Source: Octopus sinensis (Eukaryota). From it: a stretch of DNA of 64,000 bases. Positions 13,154 to 24,899 of this stretch are shown in pieces. Numbering within the stretch: the stretch's first letter is position 1; every line of letters starts with the position of its first letter. Made by a program: the position numbers and the translations under genes. The stretch is from assembly GCF_006345805.1 (NCBI RefSeq), contig NC_043005.1:28830001-28894000 (forward strand). The letters run 5' to 3'. The notes beneath the pieces are model-generated. The model saw nothing but the letters and a program-made list of their open reading frames with translations. It did not search any database and was not told the DNA's origin.

Positions 13154-14134
13154 TTACAAATACGTTTTTTCTTTAACGATGGGTTTGGGCATTTTGTCAT
13201 ATTTTGCGTCCTGGAATATTCGTCGTAATTTTTCATAGTTTGGTTGTTCATCGTATTTTAGTTTTTCAATAGTTTTGAAGTAAGTTCTTAAAGTTTCAAA
13301 TGGAATTTTCGAAAGATTCTGTAAAAGCACTTCCTTCTCATGTTTCACTTGTTCTTTATTTTCCGAGTATTTCTTCCAAGGTAAACTCCCTGTAAGCCAT
13401 TCATACATACAGAATCCCAGAATTTGTAAATCTCCTCTTCGGGATGGACTAGCACCTTCATGCGCATCTAGACTGGTATACAACAACGTTCCATTGTGAG
13501 CATTCTTCTTCTCTGGTTCATACACCTTGTGTTTCTTATCTATAAATATCTTCGAAGCCAGACCATAATCTATCAGATACACCTTATCTATTTTATTACT
13601 GTCTGCAGCAAATAAAATATTACCGGCTTTCAGGTCGGCATGGACGTAGCCATGGTGGTGGATACACTCTAAAGCATCTATCATTTGTTTGGCAACACAA
13701 TAAACTGTAGATTCATTGAGATGAGATCCATTTTCTTCCAAAAATGTACGGAGATTTTTACCGTATTTAGGTATAATTATGAATCGATACTGCTTGCTTT
13801 TATATTCATGTATGCCGTTTGCTATGAATTCCGGTATGGCAAGATGAGCCAAACGTTTACCTTTTAAATAATTTTGTATAATATTTGGTCTGGCAATTGC
13901 CTGTAAAGCATGTAATTCATTAAAGAGTGGGCCGTTACCAATGGGTTCGACTTTAGCAACATCTTCTTTGGCCGGTGAAGAACCAACTTGTCTGGCAGTG
14001 TAAATTAAACCAAAACCGCCGAGACCAATCTTTTTTATAATGGAATATCTCTTTCTATCAACAGACTCTAAGATCTCACTTGCTGGAAATTCTGCTGCAT
14101 GTTTGTATCCTGTTGCCGCCCGAATCTTCTTCAT
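13154..14134 (-). CDS. Intronless VRK1-like Ser/Thr kinase, copy 2, 326 aa (inverted paralog of 7063-8133)
   Basis: Same catalytic motifs intact. Residues from STVYC to NYEKL differ from copy 1 at only 2 positions; the N-lobe and C-terminal tail differ. A possible GTAAGG donor overlaps the stop, so a spliced longer C-terminus cannot be excluded. Confidence 0.9.
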   Translation of the reverse strand: MKKIRAATGYKHAAEFPASEILESVDRKRYSIIKKIGLGGFGLIYTARQVGSSPAKEDVAKVEPIGNGPLFNELHALQAIARPNIIQNYLKGKRLAHLAIPEFIANGIHEYKSKQYRFIIIPKYGKNLRTFLEENGSHLNESTVYCVAKQMIDALECIHHHGYVHADLKAGNILFAADSNKIDKVYLIDYGLASKIFIDKKHKVYEPEKKNAHNGTLLYTSLDAHEGASPSRRGDLQILGFCMYEWLTGSLPWKKYSENKEQVKHEKEVLLQNLSKIPFETLRTYFKTIEKLKYDEQPNYEKLRRIFQDAKYDKMPKPIVKEKTYL

Positions 14135-14779
14135 TTTGATTTAAGCGTTAGTCGTCGCTAGCCTGAAACCGCTTTTATGGTCATATTTTTTTCCCAGAAA
14201 ATATTTCCGGATAAGTAAAATAAATAAATAAATAAAATTCTGGTTGTAGTTTAATATTATTTTCTTCTTCATTCCTGTAATGTGTCAACTTCGAAATTCA
14301 GCACCTATTTAGGACTTGCCAGAAGACCCTAACTTTCACACAACCAAGAACAACTTTTATTCAAATGAATCTCTTATTATAAAAGGCAGATTTTATCTGC
14401 CTCCCTTTGGGAGTTATACAAATCTACAATATAGGATTTCTTCAATTACAATTTACCTAGCAGTTTTAAGAGTACAATGCATCGCGTCATGCCAGGTCCA
14501 GTTTTTAAAATTTAAACTCCAATTAAGCAAAATTTACAGAAAACTCACATTCTGGTGTGTGTGTCAAATGCTTTTCTTAGTCTGGTTTACACCACACGCA
14601 AACGCACACACACAGTGGGCAACGAATAAAATGAAAGTAAATAGCGACAGAGTGATTTGAGGAAGACTAAAGTGAAAGTATTCTGTCTATGTCGCTGATA
14701 GATACATGAGTAAAATGTATGGGGAGCTAAGAGTGAGTGAAAATGTTCTTGGAAGAGAGTAATTAGTAATAAAGTAAAC

Positions 14780-14935
14780 ATACACTCATACATACATACA
14801 TACATACATACATACACACATACACACACACACACATACATACATACACACATACATACATACATACATATACATACATACATACATATACATACATACA
14901 TACATACACACACACACATACACACACACACACAG
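14780..14935. repeat. (TACA)n/(CA)n compound microsatellite
   Basis: Visible tandem cata/ca runs. Confidence 0.95.
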
Positions 14936-15109
14936 TATTGAAGCTTGAGAACAATCAGATACATTTGCAACACATCTGTTGAAAATATTATTGTTCACAC
15001 ACATATATATACATACATACAGACAGACAGATAGACACACACACACACACATGATCCAGCATGGCCACAACCTCAAGGCTGAAACATATAAAAGAATAAC
15101 AGAATATAA

Positions 15110-15470
15110 ATGTGTGCAAAGTACAAGAAATATTAATGCAGTATATGGGGATTGGACAATAAGCGTAAGGCAGTGTCAATGGTGGTTCCAGAAATCCCGA
15201 GCCATAAACTACAGCCTAGAAGATGAGCCTCATCCTGAAAGATCTGTAGAACTCGACAAGGACATCCTGAAAACCCTGGTGGAACAAAATATCATCGTAA
15301 CTGTTGAGGAACTAGCAGAGAAGCTTGGATTTGGTCATTCAACCATTCATTGACACCTGTGTGCTATCGGAAAAGTCAGCAAATTGGGTCAATGGGTTCC
15401 TCACGAACTTTCCGAGTCTAATTGCATGCAGAGAGTGAATGTATGCTTTTCTTTGCTGTCATATCTCACC
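15110..15470 (+). mobile_element. mariner transposase fragment (DNA-binding region), decayed
   Basis: Translates to RNINAVYG..TISVRQCQWWFQK...LEDEP...EELAEKLG...HSTIH*HLCAIGKVSKLGQWVPHEL, including the mariner WVPHEL motif; in-frame stop present. Confidence 0.85.
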
Positions 15471-15488
15471 ACTACTGCGCTATGTATA

Positions 15489-16125
15489 TCTATATATATA
15501 AAACTGTAGTTGTGTGAGTGTCTGTCCCCTTCGATTTAGATTCCTAACTACTCCCACATTTTGCGGTACAGTTTAACCAAATTCGGGTAGCTTATAGTCG
15601 TGATTCATATCGAGCCCGTCTGAATATTAGCGTGCGTCTACGATGAGTCTACGATTTTAAAAATAATTTAACATCATTTTTTATTCCATTTTAATGCATA
15701 ATTTTTCGTGTGTCGATGGCGGCGGAGTTGGCGTCCACGCTCACACCTGCACCTGTGGGGAAGGGAGTGTAAGGAAATCAACGTCGTAATGCGTTGTCAA
15801 GGAGACCAGTGTTCTTTTAGAACAACGACTTCATGGCTTGAAGACACCAAAACAGAAATGGCTAAGAAAGCGTCTACATGAGTCTACGATTTAAAAAAAA
15901 ATTTACCATCGTTTTTTTTCCATTTTAATGCATTTTTTCGCTATTATATAAGGGAAGTAACTCTCTAAAAATGTCTACGATGAGTCAACGATTTAAAAAA
16001 AAATTTACCATCATATTTTTTCCATTTTTAATGCATTTTTTGCTATTTTTTGGCTATAACTCTCTAAAAATGCTTATATAGTTATTTCCCTTACAAACCC
16101 GAGCAACGCCGGGCGATACTGCTAG
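15489..16125 (+). mobile_element. Non-autonomous Helitron, 637 bp
   Basis: 5' TCTATATATATAAAA start, 3' CTAG end, inserted at an A|T dinucleotide; GC hairpin CCCGAGCAACGCCGGG (16098-16113) about 12 nt before CTAG; internal repeated block gtctacgatgagtctacgatt...ccattttaatgcat about 3 times. Confidence 0.85.
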
Positions 16126-16411
16126 TTCTTCAATAGATTCCAAGCTTTTGAAAGTTACATGTCATTACGTACATATAATGACTGACAGCAGCATTTTGTG
16201 TCAGCAGGGATGGGCCGTATTCTGCAACTTGTTTGTAGTGAAAGTTCAAGTTGCATGATAAAATGGCGCTAATTCCGTATTTGTTGATTTCATTTGTTCT
16301 GTTCATTAACGCCAAGTTTCAGGTTGATATTGATGTATGTTATATGAGAAACACGGATGATTATTTATTTATTTATATCATAAAGCTATTTTCTTTTATT
16401 TTTGGGCTGAA

Positions 16412-17024
16412 GGATCTTTTCCTTTTGAACAGCACACGTCAACACAATTTCTAGTTAACTAAACACTTTTAAACTTCGTATACTGGTAGAATGTGTTTAT
16501 AAAACATCATTTTTTCTTGGCTTTATTGAGAAAATTCTATATGTTGTAACATATTTCGTCTTTAATTTCGAGCATTTCGGCAATTTTAACCAATCGCTGA
16601 CCTCCATTTAGGTAAACAAATTCTGTGCTGTATGAATATGTCCCTCGTTTAAGAAACAGATTGGGTATATTTACATTTGTGAAGAAAAAAAGATACCCTT
16701 CCTCCACCCCTAACCTTAACCCTAACCCTAACTCTAACCCTAAATCTAAAATAGATTGATATGCAATAGATCGATACTAGGGCCATAATTATGGGTAACA
16801 TTTTCATTTGACACTGCTAGAAAAAAATCCCATTTTCCGTAGCGGTGTCGTATGAAATTGTCACCCATAATTATAACCCTAGTATCGATCTATTGCATTT
16901 CAATCTATTTTAGAGTTAGGGGTGGGGGAAGAGTATCTTTTTTTGTAAATAAACCCAATCTGTTTAAAAGTGTTTAGTTAACTAGAAATTATGTTACAAA
17001 GTGCCGTTCAAAAGGAAAAGATCC
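16412..17024. mobile_element. Foldback/MITE-like element A with GG..CC termini and internal telomere-like repeats
   Basis: TIR GGATCTTTTCCTTTTGAAC...AATTTCTAGTTAACTAAACACTTTT mirrored at 16965-17024; flanked by ggctgaa direct repeat (16405-16411 and 17026-17032); internal arms 16655-16815 and 16845-16962; CCCTAA-like run 16708-16743. Confidence 0.8.
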
Positions 17025-17679
17025 TGGCTGAATATGCCAGAAGGGGCAGAGACCATGCTCGTTGTTGCAAACCTTCCAACAATGGTGGGATTGATGGCAT
17101 TAATGCAGAACCAAGTTTAAACCATAGGGGGCCCGGGGCACTTCAAATTTGGTAAGCCCCTCATACACAAGAATTAAAATCTTCGAAAATTGGCTCTAAT
17201 TTAAATCTCAAAACCCATCTATTTGAATTTGACGAGTCAGCAGAGAAAGTTTAAATAAACGACTGAAAACGTCGCTTCATAGCTACACTTTTCGAAATTC
17301 GAATTTTGTTCCCCTCACCTATCCACTTGCAGTGTCTCTTCACTGTGAAAAGTACAATGAAGGAAACAAGAGGGAAAGTTTTTTTCTTTAATGCGAGTTA
17401 GAATACGATAAAATGATAAAAAATTACGAAAAGAAAAATATATGATTTTAGCAGTTGTACAGTGTGTGTGGTGGGGAGGGGGGCAGAGAGACAAGCATTT
17501 AAAAGATCTGAATTTTTAAAAAAATTGTTTTAAAATAGCTTCCATTCGTTGTTTAGCAGCGCGTGGGAAAAAGAAAAAAGAAAGGAAAACCCTAACAAAA
17601 ATGAGGAAATTCCAACATATATGGGACAGCTATTCCAAAACTAATCCTGTCCTCAGCTCAGTGAGAGAGAAGGTCCCAC

Positions 17680-18900
17680 AACTCTACTGCCCTGCATGGC
17701 AGGTTTATCAGGAGCCCTTCTATCTCTCTTTCAGTGACTAAATCATCACTTCTGCCTCAGGAGTCCAGCAGGGTGACCCACTTGGGCCCAAACTGTTTGC
17801 ACTGGGCATTGATGACCCACTCGGGCCCACTCTGTTTGCACTGGGCATTGATGACATCACCAAGATAGGCGTTGAGCTAGACCTCAATCTCTGGTATCTC
17901 AATGATTCTTGTTTGTAGGGACCTCTGGACAAGGTTCTCGCCATTGCTAACATGATAGTTGGGGAGCTTGGTTGCCGGGCTCTCCAAGTAAACAGTTCCA
18001 AATGTGAGCTCTGGATCCTCAATCATCCAGTTTCTCAACATCAACCAACTATTGAACTTTTTGCAGAATCCTTCCCTTCCATTGCAGTCCTTTTCCTATC
18101 AGCTTAGTGCTCCCTAGGAGCCCCAATCACTGACCTTGCCTTTGAGTCCATCTTCCAGTCAAAGATGGCTGCCCTTGATCAATTGCTGAAAAATATTGAA
18201 GCTGTCAAAACACATCAAGGTTTTTTCATAATTAGGAACTACTTCTTGATCCCTAAAATTCTATATTTACTCAGTCAGCTCATCTTACCAATTCCCATTG
18301 TGCCTCCAATGTTTCAACAACCTAATCTTTGAGAGACTCAAATGCTTGGTCAATGTCAGACTCTCTCCAATGTCCTGTGATCAGGCTGCATTGCCCAAGC
18401 GATTTGGAGCTCTTGGTCTTCATAAGTGTTCATCCCTCTCTCTCCCCTGCTTCCTTTCCTCCACCCTTGTGAGCAAAATCCTCTCCTTTCTAGCATGGAC
18501 CAGTTCCAACAGGGAATTGGACGAAGCTCTCCAACACTGGAGGGAATAGGGCTTGTCTTCTCCTGAGAAGGTGGAGGACTGTTGGAGTCAGAGAGCTTGG
18601 GACAACATAATTTCAAAGGCCACCTTGACTCCCTCTTCATCCAGTCAGACCAGTTTTCAAGGTACCACTTACTGTCTGCTATCACCAAATACTCAGGTGA
18701 CTAGATTGATGCCATCCCTGTGGCTAATGTTGGTGGCCTACTCAGCTTGGACGGGTGGGGTCAGATCACTAACTGCAAGATTCCTGTCTTCACTGGCAAC
18801 TCGCCTTACAGAGATAACTGGTGAGGCTTGTGAGGGTGCTTGGCTGTTCCAGACTTGCCATCACCCATGGCAACGCTGCAACTGTGCTGGCATGTCTCAA
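17680..18900 (+). mobile_element. Decayed non-LTR retrotransposon, CRE-like RT region
   Basis: GVQQGDPLGP.LFALGIDD...LNLWYLND (decayed WYLDD), QAALPKRFGALGL...LPCFLSS and SGD*IDAIPVANVG segments; multiple stops and frameshifts; 39-bp tandem duplication of the DPLGP.LFALGID coding segment (~17776-17853). Clade call is from recalled motifs. Confidence 0.6.
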
Positions 18901-20124
18901 TAGCCATTAGAAAGGTTTCCCAGCGTCCCCAACTTTTCAACCCAAGGTAGTGAATTGTTTTGTTTTTTTTTCCTTTTTTCTCTTTCTTCTTTCTTTTTCC
19001 TTTTTAATTTTTTTCAGTTGTGTTCTCTGTTTTGTCCAGTTTTCAAGTTTGATTTTGTAAAACAGTAAACACTGTGAAGGCAATAAAAATTTTAATTAAA
19101 AAAAAATATTTACTGCATTTTTACTTTGAGAAAAAATTTTTTTAGAAAACCTACTTAACAAAAATTACATCAGTTAAACAAATAACCTTCTCTAGATGCA
19201 TTAAGAAAACATTATAACATATTCAGAACATTATTTTAGGAAAATATCTCTGTTTTCTTAGAGTGTATAGACAACAAATTTAGATTGGGCAAAATGAGTG
19301 AGGTAAATTTGCTTCTTCAATTCTTTGAAATTACATTTGAAAAAGAAACTCATATACATCAATATCTATTCTATGCACCAGAAAGATCAGAAATTCAACA
19401 AAAATTAAAAATTTAGGTTAAATGAAAGACAGTCATGGAAAACTGGCACTAAATGAAATAATGGAACTTGACTAAATCAAAAAATTGAACAAAAAATATT
19501 CTCTAAGTGGCTGTATGGTAAGTAGCTTGCATTACCAACCACATGGTTCCAAGTTCCGTCCCACTGTGTGGCACCTTGGGCAAGTGTCTTCTACTATAGC
19601 CTCGGGCCGACCAAAGCCTTGTAAGTGGATTTGATAGATGGAAACTGAAAGAAGCCCATCATATATATGTGTATATATATATATATATGTGTGTGTTTGT
19701 TCCCCCCCAACATCACTTGACAACCGATGCTGGTGTGTTTACATCCCCGTAACTTAGCAGTTCAGCAAAAGAGTCCGATAGAATAAGTATTAGGCTTACA
19801 AAGAATAAGTCCTGGGGGTCAATTTGCTCGACTAAATTTTTTTTAAATCTCAGTTTAAAATATGGTCAGTTTGAATTCTTGGTTTAAATCCCAGTAACAG
19901 ACCAACAAATGTATTTATGGGGAGAAAGCCATTGAAAAATATACACCAGAGTGACAAAGAAATGAGTGGGGATTAGATTATTGAGAGTGAAAAATACAGC
20001 TAAATAGCCCTCAATTCATTCACAAAAATTTTGGGTGTTTTTTTTCATAATTGTTTGAATTGCCAAGTGTTGAATAGAAATTCACAAAAATTTTCTGGAA
20101 ATTTCAAAAATAGAAATGTTGTAA

Positions 20125-20460
20125 GAGTTAAATACCATGATCCTCTAGTAAACTAACTTCAATCTTCCCAACTCCCCAGTCTACCTTCAGCCATCATTGT
20201 CGAAGTCTGCAAATATTATTTAGCCCCAGGTCATCCCTGATCCAACAGACTTACGATGTGGCTTTGACCATCCTACCATTTATCCAGACATTGTATACCT
20301 ATAACTGTATAATGCGTCATCATTTTTATGTCTGTTTCTCCTTGCCCAGATTGAATGGGTCTTTATTAACAGTGGTCTTACCACATGTACTATCATCCTC
20401 CATATCTATCTGCTATATTTATATATAAACCTATTGTTTTATGAATATTATTATTCACAA
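20125..20460 (+). repeat. 336-bp near-identical direct duplicate of 27091-27426
   Basis: Base-by-base match gagttaaataccatgatcc...tattattattcacaa with about 2 mismatches. Confidence 0.95.
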
Positions 20461-23379
20461 TAAATATTTGTAAGTATGGAGTGCTTAAAGCAGAATTCCA
20501 CCTGGCTTTCTTCCTGATACATTTATGTACCATACAATTAAAGAAAAGAAATCATTGTAATTAGTCATTACTCATTTTGCACCAATTTACCCCTTTTTTT
20601 TTTAAATTGAAAATTATGAAATTGGACATTAATGTGGATAAAGATAGATGTGCTGTCCAATAGAAGAAAGAATATTGATTATTAAACACAAAAAATTATC
20701 TGGAAATTTTATTAGCAACCCCAATTACAATTTGGTCAAAACCAAGGGAAAATTTCTTTAAAATAAGTTCCTGTTATTTGGCTGTTTCAAACTCTCTCAA
20801 CAACTATGGTGACCAATGTTTACTCCCAAAGATGATGCAACAGTACAAAATGGTGATGCAATACTTGCAATGTAATGCTTTGAAACAGATAATGAAAAAA
20901 TAAGAAGAAATTGGTAATTACTCATTTTGCCCCGATCCCCTATGTATCTGACAAAATGACAAAAAATATTGACGAAAGAAAGAAAGAAAAAGATTCAATG
21001 TAACGAAAAACGTGAGCATAAATGCAATGATTCTAAAGCCCCAACAAATGCTTTGAGCTGTTGATAAATGTAATTTTATAATTAAAACTAAATTCGAAAT
21101 TTAAATTTACAAACATATTCCTTACTCACGTTTGTAAAATAAGATCAGTTTTCAATGCCTCACTGAAACTACGATGTTTACAAGTGGCAATGTGTATGTA
21201 AGAGTGTGTTTGTGTGTGTGTGTGATGTGTATGTGTGCCTTTAATTGTAAGTAGTCAATCCAAGGTCATCATCATCATCGTTTAACGTCTGCTTTCCAAT
21301 GTGTTGAAAAAAGGAATTTGAACTAGAGACAATAACTTCTTTCTATCTATCTCTTTATCTTTACATACATTCATACTCTCTCTCCGCCCCCTACACACAA
21401 ACACACATTTTTAGTAGGGTTTTGTCATTTTCCTTTTCTCAGTCATCCCCAAAGTAGCCACAATGGAATTGTAGCTGCTTTTGGGACTAGGTAGTAAAAT
21501 GTTTTTTTAATTGAATGAATTGGTGCTGCTAATGTGGAGAAATCTATGGTTATTTATCAAAAAAGAGGATCCATTACATTTTTAAAGATATGTTTGTATA
21601 TTGAAAGAGAGCCTCTGCATGCAAGATTGCTGGGGGGTGGGGGCCATTCTGTATTGAGTGCTCCATACTCTTCATAGCAGTCCCACTCCTGTACTGAGTG
21701 GGGTAGGGCAACTGCCTCATTTGTTCCCTATAAATCTAGCCCTGCCTGCATGAAAGACAGGAAGAAGGAGAAGATTCCAGAGGGCCAATGTTCTGGGAAG
21801 GAAAGACTAGGTATAGTGGTTAGTGCAGGAGAGAGGAGTTTAGGTGCACCAAGGATGACAGGATAGAGAGATGAGTGGAACACCAAACGGCAGAGCAGCT
21901 TTTCATTGGATGTAGTCAAGAATGTCAGCACAACTGTCCAAGATGTAGGACAGTACTCCACTGTGAGCCTCACTTCGACCTGGTAGAGTGTCAACAGCCG
22001 TTGATGGTTGAAATATCTTCTGGTCTTAAGGCGGCAAGCTGGCAGAAATGTTAGCATGCCAGACGAAATGCTTAGTGGTATTTCTTGTCTTTACGTTCTG
22101 AGTTCAAATTCTACCGAGGTCAACATTGCCTTTCATCCTTTCAGGACCGATAAATTAAGTGCCAGTTGTGTACTGTGGTCAATCTAATTGACTGCCCCCC
22201 CCTCCCCCAAAATTTTGTGCCTTGTGCCTAGAGCAGAAACGAATATTTTCTGGTCTTAAAGAGAAGAGCCAGTCTTTGGGATGTGGTCCTGGAGAGCAAT
22301 TACATCATTAATTACCAGCTTCTTATTAGTTCACTGCATTTCACAGAGAAGGAGTGAGAGAGAGAAGGGAGTGTCTATACCTGGGTGCAGAGCAACTATT
22401 ACTTATGACTTCATTCAAGAAGCATAAATTTTTCATTTTTGTTTCCGATCTTTACAACCTTTACTGATTCAGGCAACAGACATGTTATCATAGGAGGCTG
22501 AACTGAAAAGTTCACAGGCCAACTATGTAGGAGTGATGCTATATATTGTCAGCTCCAGCTCGTATTTGAGTATTGACCCAATGCCTATTTTTTACATAAT
22601 GAATTTACCTACCATATATACTATATCATTTTGCATAAAACTTTAGCTATATTGGTACTTCTGGTTCTCATTTGTAAGTATTCTAGTGTGTCAATAAATT
22701 ATTTTAAAATTCTGCTGGTCAAAGCGAAAAGATCCTATATATATATGTGTGTGCGTGTGTATTATTATTATTATTATTATTGTTTAATGTCTGTTTTCCA
22801 TGCTAGCATGGGTTGGACGGTTCGACTGAGGTCTGGGAAGCCAGGAGGCTGCACCAGGCTCCAGTCTGATCTGGCAGTGTTTCTACAGCTGGATGCCCTT
22901 CCTAACGCCAACTACTCCGTGAGTGTAGTGGGTGTTTTTTATGTCCCACCGGCTCAAGGGCCAGAGGAGGCTGGCAATGACCATGATCTGTTGGTGCTTT
23001 TTACGTGTCACCAGCATGGAAGCCAGTCAAGGCGGCGCTGGCATCGGCCACGTTCAAATGGTGCGTTTTACGTACCACCATGTGTGAGTGTGTGTGTGTA
23101 CAGGGTGCGGTGGATAAAATGTCATTTTATACTTCTAATTTCGCACATGTGGTGTACACCGTTTTTGTCTTGAGGATCACCAGACCACCTATCTACAGTG
23201 TGTTACAAAGTAGGTCCTCTGGCAGACTTTACTGGTGCATTTTTATTTATTTATTTTTTAAAAATTTTATAATCAGTCACTGTGTTGTGGTTCATTTGCA
23301 CCTCTTCCCTATAGAAAAGTATAATTGTTAGTTATTTCACTAAACCATAAATAACAGTTAAGAGCGTTCTCCATTCGGT

Positions 23380-24017
23380 GGAACATAATTTCTAGGTAAC
23401 TAAAAAGTTTTAAACTTCTTATACTGGTAGAATGTGTTTATAAAACATCATTTTCTCTTGGTTTTATTGAGAAAATTCTATAGTTTGAAAGATATTTCGT
23501 CTGAAATTTCGAGCATTTCGGCAATTTTAACCAATTGATTACCCCCATTGAGCTAAAATCATTTGCTGCGTCTAAAACTGAGACAACATCCTGTCACTAA
23601 CCCTAAACCTAAATTTTTTTTCCTTAATTGTTAAATTAATTTAATTGTTACACGTGTAAAAAAAACGTATACAGAAAGCGTGTGTATAAAATTATAGAAT
23701 TATTTTGTTTGTTAATTGTTTAAATTATTTTCCATTGCTTTCGTTTTTTTTACACGCGTAACAATTAAATTAATTTAAAATTTAGGGTTAGGGTAAGGGT
23801 AGGGTTAGTGACAGGATGTTGTCTCAGTTTTAGACGCAGCAAATGATTTTAGCTCAATTAGAGGCGATTCATTGGTTAAAATTTGAAACATTAAACTACG
23901 TTAAACAAACGAATTACAATTTTCTCAAGAAAGCCAAGAGAAAAAAACGTTTTATTTTGACACATTCTACCAGTATACGAAGTTTTAAAGTGTTTAGTTA
24001 ACTAGAAATTGTGTGCC
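23380..24017. mobile_element. Foldback/MITE-like element B with GG..CC termini, 7-bp TSD and TTAGGG-like repeats
   Basis: TIR GGAACATAATTTCTAG / CTAGAAATTGTGTGCC; exact flanking repeat attcggt (23373-23379 and 24018-24024); nearly the whole element is palindromic; TTAGGG-like run 23781-23808; shares ~170-bp subterminal block with element A. Confidence 0.85.
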
Positions 24018-24899
24018 ATTCGGTTGTACAATTATTGTTGGCTTAAATTTCTTTCGTTTTGATAAGTTCACTCACGCTAGTTCATTATGTTGCTATGGAA
24101 ATATATTGCAATGCCGACTTCCGGCGTGTCAAAAATGGTTGTATCTGATTGGCTGAAATTAGAAAAAACAAATCATTCTTGAAAGGTTAATAACATCTTT
24201 ATTTTTAATTTTCTCCAAAACTGGTTATGATTTTTGTTATTAGCATCGAAAATTACTCCTGTGTTGGAATTTCAAAAAAACTCAGATCTGTTATGTGAAA
24301 CCGAACAGATCCCATTTTATCATTAAAGTCCTGATTTTCATACCAATTGTTCTTACTTTTTTACTAGGTGAATTAGAACCCACTCTTGCGTTAATTTTGA
24401 AGTATGATCCACTCATTCTATATTGAACTACCTACTCATTGTATTATAGTGTATCTGGTACCTTTTGTTGCATAACTGCTAACTTTAACGTAATTTTCAG
24501 GTAAATTCAGAGCAGCATAAGGTTAGGTCTTCGAATCACTGATAGAAGCCACCCCGCAAACCTCCGTACAGTAGTTGCCTGTTTCTTATAGTATGGTTAA
24601 TACATTATGTAAAGAAAAGTTACATTATTTAATGATTTAAAAATCAAACCATATTTATATCGAACAATTTTTACTTTCTAAAGTAAATTTGTAACTATAA
24701 AACACTAGAAATTGTAGAATTTTACGAGAATTAGTATATCTTTTTAGTAATTCTACGCACTATTATATATTGACTCTTAAAATTAAACCCTTATGAGTGT
24801 ATTTAACTTTACTACTTATTTGAACAGAAAATCTTCAAACAAAAAAAATTTCTTGAAATATAAAAGACGAGGAAAGAATCATGTAAAGATTTTAGAAGA

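Noticed and set aside
7063-14134. Endogenous giant-virus or poxvirus insertion
   Set aside because: No other viral hallmark genes are nearby and the kinase motifs fit cellular VRK1; kept only as a minor alternative.
14587-15076. ORFs rich in VCVCMY/HTHTHI (also 283-608, 38620-38914, 48897-49280, 59517-59910, 60507-61269)
   Set aside because: They are translations of (CA)n/(TA)n/(TACA)n microsatellites.
21125-21195. Possible non-coding first exon on the minus strand (GTGAGT donor at about 21129)
   Set aside because: Donor-like motif only; no way to link it to a gene without transcripts.
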